DNA from: Podarcis filfolensis
Taxonomy: Eukaryota
Assembly: GCA_964270895.1 (NCBI GenBank)
Contig: OZ185437.1
Length of the DNA stretch: 64,000 bases
Direction: 5' to 3' (one strand)
Every line of letters begins with the position of its first letter. Position 1 is the stretch's first letter. Shown here piece after piece: positions 27,494 to 38,020 of this stretch. The translations under genes were made by a program, and so were the position numbers. The notes under the pieces were generated by a model. That model was not told the origin of the DNA, did no database searches, and saw nothing but the letters and a program-made list of their open reading frames with translations.

Positions 27494-29050
27494 ATGGCGG
27501 CCAAGGTGGTCGGTCAGGGCATCTGGAGCTCCGCACGGAGGTTTGAACTAGTTGCATACAGGAAATACACAGTGGTGGAAGCTATCCCAGCATTCCCCTG
27601 GCAGCTCCTCTCCCTGGAGTGCCAAAGCCAGTCTTTGCCACCATTGACGGCCAAGAGAACTTTGAAACCACAGTGATCACCCTGGTGAACAGGATGCAGG
27701 TGGCTTCTCAGAACATATTTGGACAGTTCTGCACAGTTGGGGTTCTTATAAATTAAGGCTCAAGATATGAAGCAAAACATACCAGTGACATTTCACGCTT
27801 TCTCGAAAAGCTTGCCTTTTCTTCTACAGCTCAGTTTGGCAGTAAGGACATGATCCTCCTCACTTTGGAGCAGCATGGCGACATCTATGATTGTCAGGTG
27901 TCAAGGGACACCACCATGTATGTCATTTCAGCCGATGCCAGAGGCCTGGACACTGTTGTCCGTCTGGGCTACAGCCCAGATTATCGGATGAGGAGATTGA
28001 GATGGTGCACATGGCAGTCCGCTTTGAGCTGGAGGTGTGAGTTTGGGGCCCACCCCCATCTTAGAGATGACCCACATCATGATTGGGCTGGAAACTTGGG
28101 CTGGAGGAAGACTTTATCCCCTTTGCCATCCTGAACATGCTGCTGGGAAGAGGCGGGTCCTTTTCCATTGGGGGGCCAGGCAAAGGCATGTTCACCCAGC
28201 TGTATCTCAATGTCCTCAACCAGCATCACTGGATGTACACTGCCACCACCTACCACCACAACTAGCAGGATGCGGGTGGCACTGTGGTCTAAAGCACTGA
28301 GCCACTTGGGCCTGCCGATTGGCATGACGGGGTGAGCTCCCGTTGCTCGGTCCCAGCTTCTGCCAATCTAGCACTTCAAAAGCATGCCAAAAAATGCAAG
28401 TAGAGAAATAGGTATCGCTCCGGCGGGAAGGTAGATGGCATTTCCATGCGCTGCTCTGGCTTCGGTGTTCTGTTGCGCCAGAAGCAGCTTAGTCATGACC
28501 TGGAAAAACTGCGGACAAACGCCAGCTCCCTTGGCTTGTAAAGCAAGATGAGCTCCGCAACCCCCGAGTTAACTATCAGGGGTCCTTTACCTTTTTTTTT
28601 AACCATCACAGCTATGAAGATGCAGGCCTCCCATGCATCCATGCCAGCATGGACCCCAGGCAGGTTTGAGAACTGTGGAAATAATCACCTGGGAATTCAT
28701 TTTAATGGCAGGAGCCATTGGAGAGGTTGAACTTGAGTGAGAAAAGTTCCATGAACTTGAGTGAGTTGCAGTCCATGCTGATGACGAACCTGGAGTCTCA
28801 GCCAGTTATTTTTGAGGATGTCAGAAAGCAGGTGTTGGCAACTGGCATGAGGAAGCTACCCCCGAGCTCTGCATCTCGAATGGCCAAGTGAATACCAGTA
28901 ACATCAAGAGAGTGGTAATGAAAATAATGAGGAACAAGCTGGCTGTAGCCTCCCTGAGGGACTTGGCGAAGCTGCCCACTTACAAACACATCCAAGGAGC
29001 CTTTTCTAGCAAGGATGGGCGGCTCCCAAAGATGTATTAGCTTCCATTAA
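27494..29050 (+). pseudogene. PMPCA: Processed pseudogene of mitochondrial-processing peptidase alpha subunit (PMPCA)
   Basis: Intronless and collinear from MAAKVV... through [86 protein letters not shown] to SSKDGRLPK. Multiple frameshifts and stops, one large internal deletion and a SINE insertion. Confidence 0.95.
28268..28600 (+). mobile_element. Sauria (POM-type/Squam1) SINE inside the PMPCA retrocopy
   Basis: ggatgcgggtggcactgtgg head...gtgagctcccgttgctcggtcc...ggtcctttaccttt tail; TSD accaccacaacta (28252-64) / accatcacagcta (28602-14). Confidence 0.92.
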
Positions 29051-30386
29051 CAAGCTCTCTCAGATCCACTTGTTGAGATTTGTGGTTTCCTTGCCAAAGT
29101 AGCTCTCGTGTGTTTGGCCTAAAGGTTAAGGTCATGCAAATATATAACACGAGAAGAACCTTGCTGCATCTGTCCATCTAGTAATGTGTTCTCACAGTAG
29201 ACAACCAGATGCCCACAAGTGGTATACTTGTGTTCCTCAGCAACTGGCATTCAGAGGTCTGTCTTTTAATGCCACAAGGTATGGATTGTCAACCACAAAT
29301 ATCAAAATTAGACAACTTCTTTTTTTGAAGATGGGGCAGGATCAAGTAAACACAGACAACAGCTGGTTCAGAAGGAAGAGAGACCAGAAAAACAAGTTTT
29401 TTCCAACAGAGAAGGTATAACAATCTTCATCAAAGAGGGGTACTGTGCAACCAGCTGATAATGAGATTTAGCAGATCCGACTGCACTGCTGGATGTGCTT
29501 CTTTACTGTGGGTCGTTCAAAATATTAAAGTTTCCACAGAGAAAGCAGTTATGCACATGATTTTTTAATTTTTTTGCTTTTCTCTACATATAAGCAATAT
29601 GGTGAGACTTGTGCCTACAAAAGAAAGCATTATTCACTTGTTATAGCAAAGAAACGGCTCTGTTTTGACACCCCGGTTTAAGATGAACAACAGCAAAACC
29701 CATAATATAATTTCATCCTTCCCGCAGGTCACCTGTTGCATGAGTTAACTTCAGTCCTCTGTGTTGTCTCTCCTGATTCAGACATGTACACACAGATTCT
29801 AGATCTTTCAAACAAATTGGAAATGCCTGCAATTCCTCAGGAAATTAGTTCCCATAGTGGAGGAAGACATAAAAAGAAGCTATAAAATTTCTGAGTTCTA
29901 GGTGAAGATGACTTTCTGATAGGATTTTATGAACTCTTTAGCCAGCCCCCACCACCACCACCGCTGCCGCCCATCTGCTAAGACACTTTTAAGAAAGGAG
30001 AAAAGGGTGGGCGGGTTGTTCCGTTACAGGCAAGGTCCTTCCCTTCCTTCACTCACTCACTAAACTCAAAAGTGGATTGTTTTGAAATAAACCTTTCTGT
30101 GCTCATCTACTTCATTGCCTCCAGGAGTAGTGCTTTGTGGACGATGAGAATGCTGGTCACCAGAATTCTACTAGAAGGTTCAGCACAGAAAGCAGAACTG
30201 CTTGTAAAGAAAAAAGAGGGTTGCTCCAATACCCATAATAGAGATTTATTTGTTTACATACTACTCAATGGCAAAAGAGGCTTCTGTCATGGCTGAAGAC
30301 AGAAATGTGGAAAATACAGGTCTGTGCTGCTTCAGAGAAGTGGTTGACGAAGTAGGACAAGACACTTTGGCTGTAATCCTATATAC

Positions 30387-30760
30387 CGGGGGGGGGGGGG
30401 ACCTCCAGCCCACTGACCAAATTTAGCCTGCCACAGTTCCCAATTTGGAGAAGGCCAAATGGCCACTTACCCCAAGCCATGCCCACTTGTCCCACGCCTG
30501 GTCTCAGGTGTCATTAGGTGTGGAGCAGCTAGAGAAGGACTTTCCAAACTTGGGTCTCCAGTTGTTTTTGGACTACAGTTCCCATCATCCCTGACCACTG
30601 GTCCTGCTAGCTAGGGATGATGGGAGTTGTAGTCCAAAAACCAAGTTAGAGATGCAGCAAGATCAGCTGCATGACCAGCTGACCAGCTAATCCCTGAAGA
30701 AAGCAGGCTTGAAGTAACCACCCACCAGCCCACTAGCTAGATCAGGGTTCCCCACCCCTG
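30387..30760. mobile_element. hAT non-autonomous element containing a nested fold-back MITE (about 30535-30640)
   Basis: Ends c(g)nacctcc / gttccccacccctg with imperfect 8-bp TSD ctatatac / ctatatct. The internal copy belongs to the ggactacaRttcccatcatcc family. Confidence 0.55.
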
Positions 30761-30949
30761 CTATATCTGCTTACACGGAAGTAAGTCCCACTACACTCCT
30801 TTAATTCCTCTCAACAGGCCTGACTGACATACTGGTTCTTTCTAGACTTTTATCTGGTGCTTTCCCTCTTCATCAAAAGCCGGTTCTTAATGTTTAGCCT
30901 GCTCTGCCTACAGACCAGCTCTACCATGTTTACTTTGAGAAATGTCCAA

Positions 30950-31085
30950 AGGGGAGAAGGGGAATCTGTAGCCCTCCAGATGTTGTTGGACTTCAACTCC
31001 CATCAACCCTGGCCAGCATGGCCAAGAGTCAAGAATTATGGGGGTTGTAGTTCAACAACATCCGGAGTATCACAGGTTTCCTATC
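30950..31085. mobile_element. hAT-type fold-back MITE
   Basis: ccctccagatgttgttggacttcaactccc...ttgtagttcaacaacatc; same family as 37889, 51379 and 62731. Confidence 0.7.
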
Positions 31086-31110
31086 GTTGTTCCAGACAGT
31101 GCGTTGCAGC

Positions 31111-31224
31111 AAAAACACTGAAGAATCTTGAAGCACCTTAAATAATAACAGATTTATTCTAGCATAAGCTTTTGTGGAGTAGAGACCACTTCAGCTGCCT
31201 GAAGTGTTAGCCTCAGTTGGCAGG
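31111..31224 (+). mobile_element. Penelope-like element terminal fragment
   Basis: gaatcttgaagcaccttaaataataacagatttattctagcataagcttt resembles recalled squamate Penelope ends. Confidence 0.45.
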
Positions 31225-33139
31225 AATAAACAGAAGTGTAGAGAGAGAAAAAGATGGGAATGGAAAATTTAAAAATACAGACTGTGAAAAACTGAAATGT
31301 ATTCAGAATGAGCACAGTGGTCGTTTCCAACAGCAGTAAGTCGTGATAACAGCCCGTACTTTTTGCATTTCATTGCCATTTGCCTTTTCAGTTTACATTT
31401 TCCTCATTACACCCATATGTCCATTGTATATAATTTTGGGGCCAGCTCAGGATAGATAACACATCAGGACTCTTAAGCCATAAATGCTTATGCTGTAATA
31501 AATGTGTTCATCTTTAACTTGCCATGTGACTCTTTTGTTGTGCTTGAAGAGAGCTCTACTGAATTCAACAGGATTTTCTTCCAAGTATATGGGCATAGGA
31601 CTGAGGCCTTATTCCTTCTCTGGCATAGGCGGGGATCAAAACTTAATAATAGCAATGTTGTGATTTCATGGAAGAACTGTTATCTCTTTACTGCAGCTGG
31701 GTGCATGAGTCTGGACGGGAGGATAGGCAGGCTTATATATTCATCTGTATATTCTCAACAGATTGGCAAAAGTGCTCAGGGCGTTTTAGAAGCAGAACCT
31801 CTACAATCCAAAGATTAACCCTTTTGAAAAAAACTAGGCACATACAAATCAATGCAATATCTACATATGATTGCACATATAATCTGAACCAGTGATGAAC
31901 AACTTATATATATTAGGGACTATTATGTTTTCCATACAGTGGGGTATATGTATTGTGGGAGTCACTTACTGGTTGGTCTCCATAATAAGGCTAATGCCGT
32001 GAATATTATAAATTACAAATATTTGTACTCCATGCTATCAGAACAACTCACAGTTTTAAAACAGTTATTTAAAAAACCCTCATTATAAATATTTACCACT
32101 ACCAGCAGCATAAATACGTACAGCTTCAGGATTAAAAATAACCAAAAGTTAACACTAAAGACTACTGGTAAAGCAGATGGCCAGGCCAAGCTAATACTGT
32201 ACTTATCTGGTCAGTTGGCAAGTTCCATTATGCATATGTTAAATATTAAAACCTGTGTGGAATTAAAGTGTGGAAGATATATATTTCTTACAACTTGAAA
32301 ACACGGCAATCTTTTTTTACTAGTGGAAATGTCAGCAACCTTTTTCTTTATTTTAAACTTGCACTGATTACTGTTGTTTGGCTACAAGCAGTCAGAGAAA
32401 ATAGGCATGTGAGATATCAGTTAGCCTAAAAACAGCTTATATGGTTCAGAATTGCTGAGATCTTGAGATTCCTTGTCACAGCAGCAGTCCACTAGGTGGC
32501 AATCCTGTTATGCATGGCAGAGTACACTGTGGCTCAGTATTAGTGCTTTTTGCACCTTTTGGAGCTCCTGTACGCTGCAACAGCTCGTAGATGGAGTTTA
32601 GTCCAAACAGTTTGTTAGCAGGGGAGGAACCGAGTTTTCCATGGAAGATTTCTGATACAATATTGGGGCACGTTTTTTCTTGAAGATGTTCTCCCCACAC
32701 ATACAATGGCTTAGAATCCACATTGCCATACTCATGAATGTTGCAGTTGGGATTAAAGCATGCATAATGGTTGCAACCCTGTTCAGAAAATTGTCAATAT
32801 CTCCACCATATAGCAACCATTCAGGACTCTAAAAGGAACCCTTGGTCTAGGTTTGCTTCAGTAAGAACAGTTAAAATGCTAAGTGCAACAGAAGATGTGG
32901 CAACCTGCAGCTTGGCAGCAACTTTACATTAAAAACTTCAGCGATGGCCTCAAACAAAATTTAGCTGGAAACCAATGTTGTAGGCCACGAACTTAGCATT
33001 ATTTCATCCAGTTAATTATATAATTGCGTTATTTTTTTTAGTCACTCATTGGTACATATTTGAATTAGCATTCAGTACTTGCAGATGTGAGTTTCCATAG
33101 ATTCCTATGCATGATGGGTGGATTGCAGTTGTGTTCAGT

Positions 33140-33960
33140 CTTTGCTGCACAGCTACTCCAAATAGTATGGGGATCATCTGTAGTTTCCCCCTTATGCATG
33201 GCTCTAAACTTTTGTGTTAACTTTTGAATCTTCCACAATTCCTGATACCATGTCTCCAACATACTAGGACATGATTCTTTCCCATATCTCACTATTACCA
33301 ATCTGGCAGCAGTCAATAAACTCTTCATGCCTTACAGTCTTCAAGTTGCCATCAAAAACCATGATTAAAACTAGCTTTGAATCTGGTGTACTTGTCTGGT
33401 TTGTTATTTTATCTCCCCCAAAGTGTGACCTTTCCACATGGCCACCACATATGGAACATTGTTCTTCATTCTCTACACCTCTTCAACCCTCTGGGGAAGA
33501 GGATTCTGCTATTAAGTGTATGTAGAATGAGGTATCATTTGAATACCACTTTAACAGATTTTTCTGTAATCCTTGCTGATACTGATTTAAAAGGTAGTTT
33601 TCTCCAGAGCCTTTTTCAATTGTTCTCATCATTTTTTTTTTGTAGGTCTTGTTCCCATGTTTTCTGCAGACTCTCATATGACCCTAGCATTTCCACCTCC
33701 AATATTTCATGTCTATCCAATAACAAGACTTTCCTAAGGTTTGTGGCTTGAGCAATTAAACTTTCCATTAGCGTGAGAGGTCTGGTCACTTGAGGAGCAA
33801 TTTCCAGGATGGTTGTAAATTGTCTACCTTGATGGATTTGAAAGCAAGTGTAACTTCATTCAGCTAATTGTTCTTCAGATAGGTCTCCTTATGTGGGTCT
33901 TACACCCAGTTAAAAGTTCCTTATCTGGAATGGGCCAACTTCTTCCCAACCTTTAAAATT
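33140..33960 (-). mobile_element. L1-clade LINE ORF2 3' fragment, degenerate
   Basis: Minus-strand frames give a CWRGC..GT.FHMWW.C zinc-knuckle-like remnant and LLTAARLVIVRY.KE.CPS..W.QELW, typical of the L1 ORF2 C-terminus; boundaries approximate. Confidence 0.7.
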
Positions 33961-34888
33961 ATGATATTTATCCCTGCTAAATGGCTGCAAGTAAAGGGCT
34001 CTAGATATATTTACATAAAAGGTGGGTTGATTATCTGACATGGTGGTTAGATTTTCCTCTGAAAGGCATCTGCACTCTGAACAGGAACTATGCCTTTCCC
34101 ATAGGACAGATGTGCCAGTTTACCTTTCTCTGCTGAATTTGGACTAAGAAATTCCTATGCTGACCATGAAACAGCAAGCTATTCTATGGTAACAATTACA
34201 CTATCCTTTTACTCCAAACATCAGCTGTGGAACTTTGTTTAAAGTCTTGTTAAATGCATTATTAGTAAACTGCATTCAGAGTCCTCTTATATAAATGCGC
34301 CATTGGTAAGTTTAACTATTTTCTTCTGTCCTGGCCTATTATGGAATACCCTCTCCTAATCACAAAGCCCTGCTACGTTTATCTAAGCTTGTGTTTAAGA
34401 AGAGTAAGATGGAAATATATGGGCGTCAATTAACAAAGACACAATTTCATGACCAGAGGTTAAAATGCTCCTAGTTTGGGTTTTTCCTAGGTATCACCAG
34501 TGATGAAAATTGCAGTGTGTATGGGAAGGTGGTGAATGCTATGTCAATTGGGGATTTGGAGCTAGCAGTAAAGTTAATTTGCCATTTTCCCCTTATGCAT
34601 CTGGGTTTAACAGTCATGCCTGGTGTATGCCAGGGTAAAAGTGGAGTAGCTATTTTTCTGGGAAAGAGATCTAAAAGAAAAGAGTTGATCTGATGTCTCT
34701 TGGCTTCCTTCACCAAGCTGCTGTAATGCCAGAAGGCAGTGGAGGAACTTTGTTCTCCCAAACTAAACACATGGTGTCTCCCTGGTGTGAGAAGGGAAGG
34801 TTAAATCTTAAGACTTAAAGCAGTCAGGTTTGCAGAGATGCAAACCAGTATTTGCTCACATATATTTTTAATCACACATTCTGAAGAG

Positions 34889-34917
34889 TGGTGTGTGTGT
34901 GTGTGTGTGTGTGTGTG
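34889..34917. repeat. (GT)n microsatellite
   Basis: About 14 units seen directly. Confidence 0.92.
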
Positions 34918-35796
34918 TTGGGGATGGGAAGAGTAGCACAGTGCCGAAAAACATCCCAAATCTCTATGGAAACACAGGATACATATTTTCTCTCAAATGG
35001 GAGTTTTACATCTTGATTTTTTTTAAAGAGGCTCTCGGATCCTTAAGGGCAATTTCTACTACATCAGTACAAAGCACATTACAATCCTTTTGCCTCCCTT
35101 CTTCTCACAGATTAACCACCTTTGGCTTAGATTTTGAACCCAGCTCTTTCCTACTCCAGCTGCTACACCTGTGGCTACCGTTATCAAATGCAGCATTCAA
35201 ATATGTCCACATTTGACAAGGTTTGCTGCCAAAGAAACCTTGCCAAAGCCTTGGTTTGAGGCCAACCCCTGAATACTTGCTTCAATCCAGCTAGAGTTCA
35301 TATGTATGCAAAAGCAGATTTCTACTTGAATCTCTCTAGCAAGGAACTTTATGAGCCAATGAGTGCTGGGCAGTGCACAATTCAGCTGTCAAAGACTACG
35401 AACTGAAAACTTAGTTAGAAAATCAGTGACACTACATATCAGCTGTCTGGGAGGAGAAAATGGGGCTGGATTTGGTTTCCCTTGCTCTCCTTCCAGTAAA
35501 ACTGGCTGTTTTTCCAACAGAGCTGTGTGTACAGAGTGACAGCAACCTGTGATAAGCACATGGAACCATAGTTCACTATCTGAGACTTTGCATATAGAGT
35601 GCTTAGGTATTATTCTGGGAGGACAGATCTCAACAGGATTATTAGTTTTTTGACTGGTGTTGGTCAGTATGTAACCGATAAAACAGCTCCGTATAAGGTG
35701 GCACTTGAGAAAACTAGAAACAAGCGTGTTACGCCTAGTGCTATGTCTTGTCAAGGTGAACATCTGGTATACAAAACAAAAATTTTTTTTTCTTTC

Positions 35797-35915
35797 CAGT
35801 AGCACCTTAAAGACCAACTAAGTTAGTTCTTGGTATGAGCTAGTTTCTTGGAAAGAAAATTTTTTTTTTGTTTTGACTATGGCAGACCAACACGGCTACC
35901 TATCTGTAACTGGAT
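35797..35915 (+). mobile_element. Penelope-like element remnant, internally deleted
   Basis: ccagtagcaccttaaagaccaactaagttagttcttggtatgagct and ggcagaccaacacggctacc motifs, recalled from squamate Penelope repeats. Confidence 0.5.
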
Positions 35916-36784
35916 CTGGTATACAGCTATCCTGCTGAGAAGGATGTAAAGGGTTTTGATTTAAAGTCTATAATTTCTACAATGCCTTTTTTGGTGATGA
36001 TTGCTCTTCTTCACAAAGGAGAAGTCAATCAATCCTTTTATTTGCAAAAACCAAGATGGATTAATTGACTTCTCCTTTGTGCAGGAAACCAAGGTGCCTG
36101 CCTTGTCAAAAACCGCTTCTGCAGCTTACGTCAGTTTCCAAAGCAGTTTGGCCTGCGGGATAGAGATCTATTGCTTGATTTCTTACAATTCTGTGGTTCT
36201 TTGGATCTTAGCTGAAATTTCTTGGCATTTCTCTCTTTTTTACACACACTACAAAAATGTGTGTGTGTCTTTCTGAAATCAGCCTAAAAACAAGTCATGT
36301 TAGTGTATATATTTCAGTGGGAAGTGTCCTATTTCTAGATGTACTTTATTGATAAAAGTAGATAGAATCAGCAGCCAAGGCTACACACAAGGCAAAGCAA
36401 ATTAATAAAACAGCTGCTTCTGGGACTCTAATTGTCCTCGGAGCTCTTTCCCCGTTTGTGTCAAAGCCATTTTCTTTAAAAACCTAACAGTTGCTGTTTA
36501 AACTCAGCCTTTAGCTGAAAGCTCTCCTGCTAGTCTTGCTCCAAATACAACCCTGGAATGGATTGCCTGCCAACCATTGGACATTTTGGGGGGAGGTTTT
36601 AAAAAAATACAATATTTTATCAGTGCTCAAAACCTGCCAAGGTAATTAAAGGCCACGTTGCATATACAGGATATGAATGGAGAGCCCTGCAGACTTTCAA
36701 ATGTTTAAATTATAAGGAGCAACTTGCTTTTTTAAACAGCTGCCTTGTAAGAGTGTCACTTTATTGTATGCAAAGGGAAGAACT

Positions 36785-37178
36785 AATTTTACAAATTTCA
36801 CCATCACAATACATAATACATACCTTATTCCTTTTAATCTTAATACTTTAACTCTAAACAAGTTTGTACTTCCCTCCCTCCATCTGGTTTCTCTATATTT
36901 TCTTTATATTTATGCATTTGTCATGTTTACATTTTATGTGTCCTTACTACTATGGAATAATACTATTCAAAATTTCATTAAATATACATCCTTCAACAAA
37001 TATATTGTTGTAATATATTTGTTCAATGTTCTTAAATCCAAAACGAATGATTTTTAATAAACATTATGAGGTCTATTTCAGTCCCGCGAGTGTCTTTATT
37101 TGTAAAAAATTGTGAAATTTGTAAAATGTGTAAAACCAATAAAGATCATTTTAAAAACAAACAAACAAAAAAAAAAAA
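36785..37178 (+). mobile_element. 5'-truncated retrotransposed insert (probable L1 3' UTR) with poly(A) tail
   Basis: Perfect 14-bp TSD caaagggaagaact at 36771-84 and 37179-92; AATAAA at 37138-43; A-rich tail. Confidence 0.85.
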
Positions 37179-37888
37179 CAAAGGGAAGAACTGATGAGGC
37201 TACAATACAAGCTTTCAATATTGGTTCAATAAGCCTTTCATTTGTTTAAGTTGTTGTTCATATTTATGCTTCTTGTTGTGCCTGCATAGAGATATGAAAG
37301 CTCATAAAAATGTGAAGGGGGAGGGGGGACAGTTTTCACCCTATTTTCACAAAGCAGTTCCTCCTAACTCCGCCCCCCCCAAATGGAAAGTTTTGGACAT
37401 GTGAAAGGGTAAAGGCACTTGTTTAAACCCAGGCAAACCATCAGTTTCTAGACATCCATGATAAATATGATAACAATTATAAAGCAGCAGAAACTGACAG
37501 TGATATCTTAATAACAAGACTGATTAAATTTCATATAGTATTGAGTCTTTGTCTTTGTCTTGCCCCTGCTCACCCTGTGTTTTCACAGCTCCTTTTATGG
37601 AAGAAATGCCTTTTGTCTGCCTGACCGTGTGAAGGGCTTCTACTCCTACTCAGAGTAGACATACTGAAGTCAATAGGAATGAGGGATGTCCAGTGATGGC
37701 CATCTGTGAACAGAACATATTTCAGCTGCTGCAACAGGCCTTCACCTTTATTTCTTCCCCCTATAGCCAACCATGTACCCCCAAAGTCTGCTCTAGAGGG
37801 CGGGGTTTGGTGAGGGCACAGGAGATGAAGAAGGGGACACTCACTCAAACATCATTAGATGTCACCCTGCTGCTGCAATCCTGCCCAT

Positions 37889-38020
37889 CACAGATGGGAA
37901 ACCTGTGACCCTTCAGATGTTGTTAGACTGCAACTCCCACCACGCCTGGCTATTGGCTCGGCTGCCTGGGGCTAATGGGAGTCCAACAACTCCTGGAGGA
38001 CTAGATGTTCCTGATCCCAG
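37889..38020. mobile_element. hAT-type fold-back MITE
   Basis: gatgggaaacctgtgacccttcagatgttgttagactgcaactccc...gatgttcctgatccc. Confidence 0.65.

Noticed and set aside
32476-32816. Two overlapping minus-strand ORFs (81 and 72 aa) next to the L1 remnant
   Set aside because: No similarity to any protein I recognise and no splice signals; a BLASTX would be needed to exclude a decayed retrocopy.
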